The translations under genes were made by a program, and so were the position numbers. DNA of 64,000 nt. Origin: Halobacteriota archaeon (GTDB taxonomy: Archaea > Halobacteriota > UBA148). Below are positions 51,062-60,836 of this stretch, piece after piece. Under the pieces are notes generated by a model. It was not told the origin of the DNA and did no database searches. It worked only from the letters and a program-made list of their open reading frames with translations. The stretch spans positions 2,334 through 66,333 of the forward strand of contig JBHPDI010000001.1 of NCBI GenBank assembly GCA_042577985.1, read 5' to 3'. Position 1 is the first letter of the stretch. Each line of letters begins with the position of its first letter.

Positions 51062-51459
51062 TTGTTTGCTACCCGATTACTATCTGATATTAATTTCTCT
51101 GTGAGCCTGTACGTATCTTTTTCGTAATTTTTACCTCCTCTGGGTCCCCTTGTGAATACAAGAAACTCTGAATCTTCCAGAGCAATTAAAGCGTGTTTTT
51201 CCATTGGAGGTGTGAAGACTAAATTTCCCGCCTTAATAATCGCAGTCTCAATTTCCTCTTCACCGATTTGTGTTAAAAGTTTTAGACAACCTTTAAGGAC
51301 AAAAGTATATTGCACGGATTCTTTGTGATAATGGTTCCCCCGGACTGCCCCTTTTTTTGACGATATAAGAGTGATATATTCAATAACCTCTTTTTCCAGG
51401 ATATCTGTTATTATACCCCTTTCATCTTCAAATGCATACTTCTTATTGGTTATCTTCAT
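51058..51459 (-). CDS. FdtA/WxcM-like NDP-4-keto-6-deoxyhexose 3,4-ketoisomerase (small cupin)
   Basis: 133 aa. FEDERGII...RGNHYHK matches the FdtA His-containing cupin core. Confidence 0.6.
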   Translation of the reverse strand: MKITNKKYAFEDERGIITDILEKEVIEYITLISSKKGAVRGNHYHKESVQYTFVLKGCLKLLTQIGEEEIETAIIKAGNLVFTPPMEKHALIALEDSEFLVFTRGPRGGKNYEKDTYRLTEKLISDSNRVANK

Positions 51460-51479
51460 ATAGTTATCCTACCTATAAT

Positions 51480-52706
51480 TCAGTCTATAATGTGTGGTTT
51501 TGGAATAGGAATAATAAATTTTCCTCCAGCATCTTTATAATTTTTTAAATTCTTTATTATTTCATCAGCAAAATTCCAAGCTAACAAGAGGGCATAATCT
51601 GGCTTTTGTTTAATCAATTCAGAATCTGGCAAAACAGGTATATGTGTTCCTGGAGTATATTTTCCTATTTTCAGAGTTGATTTTTCGGTAACAAAATCAA
51701 GGATTTCAGGACCAATTCTGCAATAGTTCAATAAAGTCATCCCTTTTGCAGGTGCACTCACTCCGGCTATTCGTTTGCCTTCGTGTTTTATTGATTTTAA
51801 CATCCAGATAAGCTCCTCGCGATTGTGCTGCACAGATGTTGCGAAATTTTTGAGTGTATCGTGCTCATATATTCTCTTCTCTTTTTCAAGTTCAAGGAAT
51901 TTATCGACATTGCTAGAGATCGGATAGGCGTTTTTTCTTGCTACAAAATAACGCAAAGATCCTCCGTGGATATCTACTTTTTCAACGTCAAATATCTCCA
52001 TTCCAAATGTATGGAATAATATGCTCACGGGTTTAACCGATAGGTAGGATAGGTGTTCATGGTATATGGTGTCATACTCCAAATTTTCTATTAAATCAAC
52101 TAAGTAAGGCGCTTCAAAAATAAACACTCCATCATCGTCTAATAATATATCTAAAGCTCTTACTAGAGAATGTAGATCATTAATATGAGCAACAACATTT
52201 GTTCCAGTTACAACTTTCGCCTTCTTTCGTTCTTTTGTGATTGTACGTGATAAAGCTTCACTAAAAAAATCATGAATCGTTTCTATACCCCTTTTTATAG
52301 CTATTTCACCTATATTTCTTACTGGTTCAACGCCTAGTACATTAACAATACCTTGATTCTTGAAACCCTGGAGTAATACTCCAACGTTGCTTCCAATATC
52401 AACTACCAAATCCTTCTGCGTAAGACGAAATCTTGAAACTGCTTCCTGGGCGAGTGAATGAAAGTGTGCAACTCCTGTTTTAGTCGTGGATGACTCGTAG
52501 GGATAGGTCTCGTTGAACAACATCTCGGGTGGAACAACATAACCTATCTGGACTAGAGAGCAGCCATTACAGATAAAAGCCTCCAAAGGATAATATACTT
52601 CTGGCTCCGTCAATCTATTAGGGGATAAGAAATCATCCGCGGTGGGCGTGTGTCCTAGATCTAAGAATTTCGTTAAGCTTTTACTGTGGCAAATTCTACA
52701 CTGCAT
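51480..52706 (-). CDS. TylCIII-family NDP-hexose C-methyltransferase (Zn-ribbon N-terminus + SAM MTase + C-methyltransferase C-terminal domain)
   Basis: 408 aa. Has an N-terminal C-x2-C...C-x2-C motif (CRICHS...CNGCS), the mid-domain DIGSNVG, and the family's typical length and architecture. Confidence 0.6.
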   Translation of the reverse strand: MQCRICHSKSLTKFLDLGHTPTADDFLSPNRLTEPEVYYPLEAFICNGCSLVQIGYVVPPEMLFNETYPYESSTTKTGVAHFHSLAQEAVSRFRLTQKDLVVDIGSNVGVLLQGFKNQGIVNVLGVEPVRNIGEIAIKRGIETIHDFFSEALSRTITKERKKAKVVTGTNVVAHINDLHSLVRALDILLDDDGVFIFEAPYLVDLIENLEYDTIYHEHLSYLSVKPVSILFHTFGMEIFDVEKVDIHGGSLRYFVARKNAYPISSNVDKFLELEKEKRIYEHDTLKNFATSVQHNREELIWMLKSIKHEGKRIAGVSAPAKGMTLLNYCRIGPEILDFVTEKSTLKIGKYTPGTHIPVLPDSELIKQKPDYALLLAWNFADEIIKNLKNYKDAGGKFIIPIPKPHIID

Positions 52707-52751
52707 TTTAAGGTCTCATAATCAAATTTGTTTTTGTTTCAATTTGTGTTA

Positions 52752-53801
52752 TCAATCTATTTTAACATATCTTGAAAGGATTTTATCTTCACTTGGATAA
52801 TTGGGAGCATCCCACGGGAATTTTTCCCCACTTTGCCATCTCCCCCATTTACTTAAATCTTCGTTTACCATTTCCTCCACAAGCTCGTCAAATTTCACCT
52901 TAGGCTCCCAACCTAATTTCTTCTTTGCCTTTGAATAATCCCCTTGTAAGAAGTTGACATCCAAAGGTCTTTTGAATCTTTCGTCAATTTTAACATATTT
53001 TTGCCAATCTAAACCAACAATATCAAATGCTTTTTCTGCAAATTCTTTTACACTATGGGATTCATTCGTTGCCACTACGTAATCCTCTGGTTCTTTTTGC
53101 TGAAGCATAAGCCACATGGATTTAACATAGTCTGGTGCGTAGCCCCAGTCCCTCTTTGCTTCTAAGTTGCCTAATTTTAATTCCTTTTCTATTCCAAGAT
53201 CAATCTTTGCAACAGCGTTGGAAATTTTTCTCGTTACGAATTCTAACCCTCTTAATGGGCTTTCATGATTGAATAAAATTCCATTACATGCGAAAATATT
53301 GTACCCCTCCCGATACTGCTTTGTTAGCCAGTACCCGTATAACTTTGCTGCAGCGTACGGGCTGGAGGGTTTAAAAGGTGAGTCCTCGTTTAAACTCGAT
53401 GAATGCCCTCTTCCATATAATTCGCTTGTGGAAGCCTGATAAAACTTTATTTCTGGGTCGATTTGTCTGATAGCTTCTAAAATCCTCGTCACACCCAAAC
53501 CTGTTATCTCCCCGGTTCCAATAGGTTGTTCAAAAGATGCACCTACAAAACTTTGCGCCGCGAGGTGATAAATTTCATCGGGTTCCGCAATTTTAATTGC
53601 CTCCACCATAGAACTTGCATCTACTAAATCCGCAGGTATCAACTTCACCCTCTCAAAGATGTCTAAGTATTGCAATCTCCAGAAGTTCGGTGTGGAAATT
53701 CTCCTGTAAATCCCATAAACTTCGTATCCTTTATCTAACAGAAATTCTGCAAGATATGCACCATCTTGACCTGTTATGCCTGTTATTAATGCCTTTTTCA
53801 T
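52752..53801 (-). CDS. gmd: GDP-mannose 4,6-dehydratase
   Basis: 349 aa. KALITGITGQDGAYLAEFLLDKGYEVYGI...HLAAQSFV...YAAAKLY closely matches Gmd. Confidence 0.85.
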   Translation of the reverse strand: MKKALITGITGQDGAYLAEFLLDKGYEVYGIYRRISTPNFWRLQYLDIFERVKLIPADLVDASSMVEAIKIAEPDEIYHLAAQSFVGASFEQPIGTGEITGLGVTRILEAIRQIDPEIKFYQASTSELYGRGHSSSLNEDSPFKPSSPYAAAKLYGYWLTKQYREGYNIFACNGILFNHESPLRGLEFVTRKISNAVAKIDLGIEKELKLGNLEAKRDWGYAPDYVKSMWLMLQQKEPEDYVVATNESHSVKEFAEKAFDIVGLDWQKYVKIDERFKRPLDVNFLQGDYSKAKKKLGWEPKVKFDELVEEMVNEDLSKWGRWQSGEKFPWDAPNYPSEDKILSRYVKID

Positions 53802-53951
53802 AATATCATCCTCTTTCCCATGCTTATATAAATATACAGCCTCTTATTACCAATATCTTTTAAAATGAAAATATTTTCAAAACATGTATCGAGTCGCCTA
53901 CGAATTCTCCATTGTGTGGAATAGGAATGTTAGGAGTGACGTAAATTATGT

Positions 53952-55082
53952 TCATAATAAATCCTCAATAACCTCTTGATATCTCTTTCCGATCACCATC
54001 CAATCAAAATTATCAATAACCCATTCTCTCGCTTTTTTCCCCATCTCTGTTTTTTTATCCCTGTTCATCAAAATCATTATTCTATCTGCCATCTCCTTCA
54101 CATTTCCCGGTTCAACCAAATATCCTGTTTCACCATTTTTTATCGTATCCAGCATGCCGCCTACTTTCGTCCCTATCACAGGTTTTTCACATGCCATTGC
54201 TTCTAAAACCACAATCCCATAAGGCTCTATTATACTTGGTTGAACGTAAATATCGCACTCTGAATATAAAAAAGGCATTTCATAGTTTGGAATGGGTTTT
54301 TCTAGAAACTCAACTTCTCCCTCTAAGCCAAGTCTTTTCACAAGATTTTTCAAATTCCTTTCTTCTGCTCCTCTCCCCAAGATGTATAGTTTTGCTTCTG
54401 ATGACTCTTGTAAGAGTTGCATCGCCTCTATTAGATAATTTAATCCTTTATATCTGTGCAATCTAGCAACCGTTAGAATCTTCAGTTTGCATGATGTGGA
54501 AAGCTGCCCCTTACCCTCCATTGGTCTGAACAATTTCGTGTCCACGCCAACATTTATTACTTTTATCTCTCTTTTTACTCCCAATTCTTTTATCATGAAT
54601 TCCTTGGCAGAATTACAGTGTGCAGTTATGACATCAACGCCATCTCTCACGATTTTGTTGACTGTTTTGTCAAAAGTTTTCAATAGAATCCTCTTTTTGA
54701 GATCCGTTGGATAATATGTTCTCTCCGTAGACAATATTGTAGGCGTTCGCTTTAACCTTGCTGCAAAGTAGGCGAGGTGACAGATGAATGGGTAGTCCTC
54801 TTGCAGGAGCACTACATCATAATCATTTTTGAGAATATGAGTAAAAACAGAAGGAACCATTGGATTTTCTCCTAAGTTCAAGGGTGTTGTGAAATATTTT
54901 ACCTTAAAATCGTAGGAATAAAAGTTGCAGTCTTTTCCTCTTATCATCACCTCTCTAGGGGCTTTCGCAGTGGAAGTGACAATCGTTACATCGTGTCCCA
55001 ACTTTGTGAGGCTCTGCGCAAGCCCATATTCGTTACCTCTAACAAAAGGTGTGAAAAATGGTACGACAATGCAGATTTTCAT
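53952..55082 (-). CDS. Glycosyltransferase family 4
   Basis: 376 aa with E-x7-E context (EPYGIVVLEAMACEKPVIGT). Confidence 0.75.
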   Translation of the reverse strand: MKICIVVPFFTPFVRGNEYGLAQSLTKLGHDVTIVTSTAKAPREVMIRGKDCNFYSYDFKVKYFTTPLNLGENPMVPSVFTHILKNDYDVVLLQEDYPFICHLAYFAARLKRTPTILSTERTYYPTDLKKRILLKTFDKTVNKIVRDGVDVITAHCNSAKEFMIKELGVKREIKVINVGVDTKLFRPMEGKGQLSTSCKLKILTVARLHRYKGLNYLIEAMQLLQESSEAKLYILGRGAEERNLKNLVKRLGLEGEVEFLEKPIPNYEMPFLYSECDIYVQPSIIEPYGIVVLEAMACEKPVIGTKVGGMLDTIKNGETGYLVEPGNVKEMADRIMILMNRDKKTEMGKKAREWVIDNFDWMVIGKRYQEVIEDLL

Positions 55083-56140
55083 CTTATTTCCTCATACACG
55101 TCAATCAAACGCTCTGTTACATTGTCCCAATCCACCAAATTTCCACCATATTTGCCTCGCTTGATAGTAGCCACGCGTTTTATCGTTTTGATAAGGTCAT
55201 TCACATTCGTAGGCGATTTAACCTCAAAGCACATTTTGTTATCCATGAACTCGATCAATGAGCCAATATCGGATATGATGCAGGGTGTTCCGCTTGCAAG
55301 AGCCTCTGCCACTGTTATACCATAGGCCTCATGCTCAGAAAGCATGACAAATACATCTGCGGATTTGTAATGTTGAAGTAACTCGTGTCTTGGGAGACCT
55401 CTTATCCAGTCAATCTTCTTGCTTGTGCCAAGATTATTTGCCATTTTTTTTAGTTTTTGCTCATAGGGTCCCTTCCCTACGATCTCTAATCGATGTTCCA
55501 ATAATGGCAACGCTTGGATGACATATTGAACACCTTTGTATTTCTCGAGGCGACCTACGAACAAGATGGTTTTATTCTTCCTTTCTATGGGTTTAACGTC
55601 CTTGAACTCATCTAAATTTATGCCATTGGGAATGTGAGTCAATTTGGATGCAGGAATATTGAAATTCTCTTTTATTAAATTCAGCTCAAACTGTGATACA
55701 CATACTATTTTGTCTGATTTTTTAAGTATTCTCGCTCCAAGCGGGCGATATGGTTTGTGGAGTTGATTTCGGATGAATGAGTGCCCTGCTCCATGATAAT
55801 GAGGTGTGAAAACTAATTTTCGATCCTTTTTGGCTAGGGCACAGAATAACGCTGGAAATGCGTGGTAATTGTGCGTATGAATTATGTCATATTCTCGATT
55901 TATGAGATAACTGTAAATCTGTGGTGCAAAGAAAAAGGCATCATTGGGTGCGATTGACCTAAATCTGGTGATTTTGACGCCATTTACTTTATCTTTTTTT
56001 TGTAGCTTACCAGACGGGTTGGTGCATATAACTTCAACATCCCATCCATTTTTTACTAGACGCTCACTCAACTCCTTTACATGCGTCTCCACTCCACCTA
56101 TGTCTGGATGGTATCTGGGGCAAACTTGGGCTATTTTCAT
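55079..56140 (-). CDS. Glycosyltransferase family 4
   Basis: 353 aa with EAYGITVAEALASGTPCIIS. Confidence 0.75.
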   Translation of the reverse strand: MKIAQVCPRYHPDIGGVETHVKELSERLVKNGWDVEVICTNPSGKLQKKDKVNGVKITRFRSIAPNDAFFFAPQIYSYLINREYDIIHTHNYHAFPALFCALAKKDRKLVFTPHYHGAGHSFIRNQLHKPYRPLGARILKKSDKIVCVSQFELNLIKENFNIPASKLTHIPNGINLDEFKDVKPIERKNKTILFVGRLEKYKGVQYVIQALPLLEHRLEIVGKGPYEQKLKKMANNLGTSKKIDWIRGLPRHELLQHYKSADVFVMLSEHEAYGITVAEALASGTPCIISDIGSLIEFMDNKMCFEVKSPTNVNDLIKTIKRVATIKRGKYGGNLVDWDNVTERLIDVYEEIR

Positions 56141-56563
56141 TTTATTATTTACTCCCTACCGACAATTCCGTCAAAGCAATTGAACTATTGTATTGGTTAC
56201 AAGCTCTGACATCTTTATCTTTTCACATGGAGTGAAATATGCCTCCTTCCAACTTGGACGTTATTTTATATTTGTCCTCCATGAATCCAATAATCGCATC
56301 GGAAGCAGATTCTAATTTTTTCAAAAGCTTCTAATGCGTCTGATTTTATATATTTCTTGGATTACATCCTTATGGATCTTATCGCATCTCTGGACATCAG
56401 ATATATCTTTTATCTTTTTTTTTTTTATCCCTTAACATTTTAAGTATTTTGCATCTTTCTTAATTTTCAAAGCATTGGACATATTTGAGATTGTTATGGA
56501 CTAACCAATTGTTCATTATTCCAGAACTATTTATAAATCCTTACTACTTTATTACTTGTTACG

Positions 56564-57721
56564 ATGAGAAGTATATGTATCGTTGGGCCGTCGAAACGAT
56601 TTTTAAGTGGGATTAGTTATTATACTATTCGCTTGGCTAACGCATTGGCAATGTCAAATAATGTGTCAGTTGTCTGTTTGAGAAAATTATTGCCCCAATT
56701 TTTGTTTCCGGGGCGAGATCACGTTGGAAAAAAGATATCAGATCTTGAATTCTCGCCTAACATCGCAGTTTATGATGGCATGGACTACAATTCGCCATTG
56801 AGCTGGATTAGGGCATTTCACTTTGTCAAAAATAAAAACCCTGATGTGATCATATTACAATGGTGGACATCTTCTGTAGCACACATGCACCTTGTTTTAA
56901 AGGTGTTAAATGCGCTTTTGCTTAAATCAAAGTTTATAGTCGAGTTTCATGAGGTTGTAGATCCCTTGGAGGAGGCTATTTTGCCTATTAGGTTGTATTC
57001 ACGTGTATTTGGTCGTTTATTAACTCATAAAGCAGATGCATATATCGTACACTCCAGTTTTGACAAGAAGCAGATCGCATCCAAATATCACCTCGGTGAA
57101 GGGGAAATGTACATCATTCCACATGGACTTTATGATCATTATAAACCAATTGATGGGGGGAAAGCTAAATCTGCACTAAAGATCAAGGAGAAATTCGTCA
57201 TTTTGCACTTTGGATTGATCAGGAGATATAAAGGCATTCCATACCTCATCGATGCGTTCGAACGAATGCCAGAAGACGTGGCGAAGGACGCAAGATTGCT
57301 TATCGTGGGGGAGCTCTGGGAGGGCGGAGAGGATATAGTCCAGAGGGTTGCAAACTCAAAGCGCGCGGGTCAGATAACGTTGATACCAAAATACGTCTCT
57401 GATAGTGATCTCCCGCTATATTTTTCAGCAGCGGATGTTATCGTTTTTCCCTACACAAGGGCATCACAGAGTGGTGCAGCCCATATAGCAATGTGCTTTA
57501 AAAAGCCAATAATAGCTTCTAAGGTCGGGGGATTGAAGGAATCCATGTCAAAATATGAAGGAACATCTTTCGTTCCACCAGGCGATGCAAATGCGATTGC
57601 AAAAGCACTCATAACCTGCTATGAGGAGCCGAAAGAAATCAAATGTAATTTAGCAGAGTTTAGCTGGAATACAATCACATCCAAGTACTTTGATGTAATA
57701 GATAGAATCAGCAATAAATAA
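56564..57721 (+). CDS. Glycosyltransferase family 4
   Basis: 385 aa with a GT-B C-terminal domain. Confidence 0.6.
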   Translation: MRSICIVGPSKRFLSGISYYTIRLANALAMSNNVSVVCLRKLLPQFLFPGRDHVGKKISDLEFSPNIAVYDGMDYNSPLSWIRAFHFVKNKNPDVIILQWWTSSVAHMHLVLKVLNALLLKSKFIVEFHEVVDPLEEAILPIRLYSRVFGRLLTHKADAYIVHSSFDKKQIASKYHLGEGEMYIIPHGLYDHYKPIDGGKAKSALKIKEKFVILHFGLIRRYKGIPYLIDAFERMPEDVAKDARLLIVGELWEGGEDIVQRVANSKRAGQITLIPKYVSDSDLPLYFSAADVIVFPYTRASQSGAAHIAMCFKKPIIASKVGGLKESMSKYEGTSFVPPGDANAIAKALITCYEEPKEIKCNLAEFSWNTITSKYFDVIDRISNK

Positions 57722-57788
57722 CCCTTCAAAAGATTTATGTGAGATGTGATACTGTGTTTAATGCTTAAAGTGATGGAGAAGATGACCG

Positions 57789-60464
57789 TTGGGCAATAAA
57801 AAAAGAAAAAAGAAGTCTAGGGCGAAACCCAAAGCAGCGAAGAAAGAGGTACTAAAGATAACAAAAAGAGAAGCCGAGATCACACAGCTTCGCTCATCAC
57901 TAGAAAATTTTGAGAAGGAATATGAGCAAGGTAAGATCTCCAAGGCAGCATATGAAAAACTTAAGGCAGAGTATGAGGATGATGTTAAGAGGATTGAACA
58001 TATCTCATTTTTTGAGAAGATCCGGCAGAAAATATCGATTTATACCTTATTGTTAATCACCATAGTTTCTCTCGCTTTCTACATTAGGGCCGTTTTACCA
58101 TATGATAACGTGTTCCTTGAAGACATGGTTCGATTTGGTGGAAATGACCCTTGGTATCACATGCGTCTCATAGAAAACACTATTCGTAATTTTCCCAACA
58201 GGATTTTTTTCGACCCATACACTCAATTTCCAGTCGGCGAAGTTCTCCATTTTGGACCACTGTACGATCAAATGGTTTCTTTAATTGCCTTACTCGTTGG
58301 GTTGGGGTCGCCCAGTCTGCATACCATAGAGGTTATAGGAGCCTATTTCCCAGCAGTTCTAGGAGCATTGGTCGTTTTACCTGTCTACTTCATTGGGAAG
58401 GTAGTATTCGATAGGCGAGTAGGCCTGTTATCTGCACTTGTCGTTGCTATCCTGCCAGGACAATTCTTATCACGATCGCTCTTGGGATTCACAGATCACC
58501 ATGTTGCAGAGACACTTTTTAGCACTCTGACGATTTTGTTTTTCATGATAGCGATGAGAAGGGCAGAGGGTATAAAGTTCGAGCATGTATTGAAGAAAGA
58601 GTGGCATATCTTGAGGGCCCCGCTGGCGTATTCAATATTAGCCGGGCTTATGTTTGGGTGCTATCTGCTATGTTGGTATGGGGCTTTGTTGTTTGCATTC
58701 ATAATTGCCGTATTCGTCATCATTCAGCACATCATTGACTATCTACAGAACAAATCAACTGACTACCTGTGCATCGTTGGTGGAATCACATTTGTGATCC
58801 CACTGATAATTGTCGCACCAATTGTTATTCAAGGTCTTGGTCAGTATTCATGGTTACACATATTTTCATTCATTATAGGTATCTTGGCGTTTTTATTATT
58901 AAGCGGCATCCCCAAGGTAATGGGCAGTAAGGACATCGATCGGATTTATTATCCGGTGATTTTAATCGGAATTGGCTCGATAGGTGTAGCAAGCGTTTAT
59001 CTGATTAATCCCTCTCTTTTCCACTCGATGTTGAGCTCGTTTGGCATATTCTGGCCGGAGGGGGGCATATTAACCGTCGCAGAGGCGACATCGATCTTTT
59101 ATAGAGGCGGTCAGTTTTCCTTACAGTGGGTATGGGATAACTTTACGGCGTGCTTTTATGCTACTCTCATCGCTCTTTTGATGGTCGGATATAGAATCTT
59201 TAAAGAACGGAAGCCAGAGGACACATTGCTAGGGGTATGGAGCATCATCATGTTCCTTGCAATCGTTGGACAGAACAGGTTTGCATACTACTTCGTGGTG
59301 AATGTCGCAATTCTCTCTGGATATTTCGGCGTCAAAATGTTGGAATGGGGTGGCTTGGGTAAATTGTATGAGGACTTCCAAAGAAGGGTGAAGGACTCTA
59401 GCGATATTGGTTATTTCGTTTCCAGATATGTAAAACTAGTTCACATATTTGTCGTGGTACTGGTTGTTTTGATTCTCATATATCCTAATGTCAACATAAC
59501 GATGGGATCGGGCCCAGGTGCAGCAAGGTGGACTGGTGGGCCCAGTATGGACTGGTACTCTGCCTTGGACTGGATGAGATATAATACACCTGATCCTGGC
59601 CTTGACTATTATGAGCTCTACGAAGCACCTGCACATGGAGAGACATACCAATACCCCGAATCTGCCTACGGCGTGATGAGCTGGTGGGACTATGGTCACT
59701 GGATCACCAGAATAGCGCACAGGATACCGAATGCTAATCCATTTCAGTCAGGCATAGGCGGTCCCATAGGAAGTGATAATCCAGGAGCTTGCGTTTTTTT
59801 CATCTCAAAAACTGAAGCTGAAGCAAATGAAGTTGCCGACGAGCTTGGTGTGAAATACGTAATAAGTGACTTCATGATGGCTGACGTATGGAACGCATTT
59901 TATAACAAGTTTGGGGCGATGACCGTTTGGGCTGGCGATATTGAGGGATATTATGTACAAGTTAATGATACGGGGGAAGGACCCAGACTTATACCTAGCC
60001 CCAAATATTTCAGCACAATGGAAGCCAGATTGCACATATTTGATGGCACAGGAGTACAACTTAGTGAAGACATCTATCTGGAGCCTTTACATCATTATAG
60101 GCTTGTCCATGAGTCTCCTAGCACTATAATCTCTATAGGTGGGCAAGAAGTAAAGTTTGTCAAGATTTTTGAATATGTTCCTGGGGCGAAGATAGTTGGA
60201 AGTGCACCTGAAGGTACTAACGTTTTAATCAACGTTGAAATTCAGACCAATCAAGGTCGAACGTTCAGTTATACTCAAACTACAACTTCTAATGGAAGCT
60301 ATGAGTTCATAGTTCCGTACTCTACAGAGGGTCCTATGGTTGGTGGAACACAGTTTGGCACGATGCCAGTGGGACCATACACTATAATAATTGGAGATAT
60401 GATGGGGGAAGTTAGAGTCACAGAGGATCAAGTGATTACTGGAGAAACTATCCTGTTGACTTAG
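57789..60464 (+). CDS. aglB: Archaeal oligosaccharyltransferase AglB (STT3 family) with an unusual ~70-aa basic/helical N-terminal extension
   Basis: 891 aa. Has the WWDYGHWI catalytic motif, an early-loop DPWYH acidic motif, 13 TM helices and a C-terminal soluble domain. The N-terminus MGNKKRKKKSRAKPKAAKKEV...GKISKAAYEKLKAEY precedes TM1 with no internal Met. Confidence 0.85.
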   Translation: MGNKKRKKKSRAKPKAAKKEVLKITKREAEITQLRSSLENFEKEYEQGKISKAAYEKLKAEYEDDVKRIEHISFFEKIRQKISIYTLLLITIVSLAFYIRAVLPYDNVFLEDMVRFGGNDPWYHMRLIENTIRNFPNRIFFDPYTQFPVGEVLHFGPLYDQMVSLIALLVGLGSPSLHTIEVIGAYFPAVLGALVVLPVYFIGKVVFDRRVGLLSALVVAILPGQFLSRSLLGFTDHHVAETLFSTLTILFFMIAMRRAEGIKFEHVLKKEWHILRAPLAYSILAGLMFGCYLLCWYGALLFAFIIAVFVIIQHIIDYLQNKSTDYLCIVGGITFVIPLIIVAPIVIQGLGQYSWLHIFSFIIGILAFLLLSGIPKVMGSKDIDRIYYPVILIGIGSIGVASVYLINPSLFHSMLSSFGIFWPEGGILTVAEATSIFYRGGQFSLQWVWDNFTACFYATLIALLMVGYRIFKERKPEDTLLGVWSIIMFLAIVGQNRFAYYFVVNVAILSGYFGVKMLEWGGLGKLYEDFQRRVKDSSDIGYFVSRYVKLVHIFVVVLVVLILIYPNVNITMGSGPGAARWTGGPSMDWYSALDWMRYNTPDPGLDYYELYEAPAHGETYQYPESAYGVMSWWDYGHWITRIAHRIPNANPFQSGIGGPIGSDNPGACVFFISKTEAEANEVADELGVKYVISDFMMADVWNAFYNKFGAMTVWAGDIEGYYVQVNDTGEGPRLIPSPKYFSTMEARLHIFDGTGVQLSEDIYLEPLHHYRLVHESPSTIISIGGQEVKFVKIFEYVPGAKIVGSAPEGTNVLINVEIQTNQGRTFSYTQTTTSNGSYEFIVPYSTEGPMVGGTQFGTMPVGPYTIIIGDMMGEVRVTEDQVITGETILLT

Positions 60465-60836
60465 TTTGATTTATTTTTTTATATTATGCCTATTGTTATT
60501 CTATTCATTCTACGTATTTATTTATTCAGCACTTACCTTTTATTTTTTTTTAGATAATCCTCATTTTTGACAATATATCATTCAAAATATCTGAAATAGC
60601 CAGTCTTTTTAATGCAAAACATCTTGAAAGCTCAAAACACTCTTTGAATCAACAATTGTTGACGTATAATCCTTTTTAACATCTTGTTGATTGAGTTGAT
60701 AACTCAACGGGGGATTTTGATAATTAAATAGGCCAACTTGATAGAAAAACACACATAGCAAATCTTATATTAGGGTGATAGAAATGAGCAGTAAAGTGAA
60801 ATAATGGAAAATCAAGACATTTTAGGTGAACGTCAA

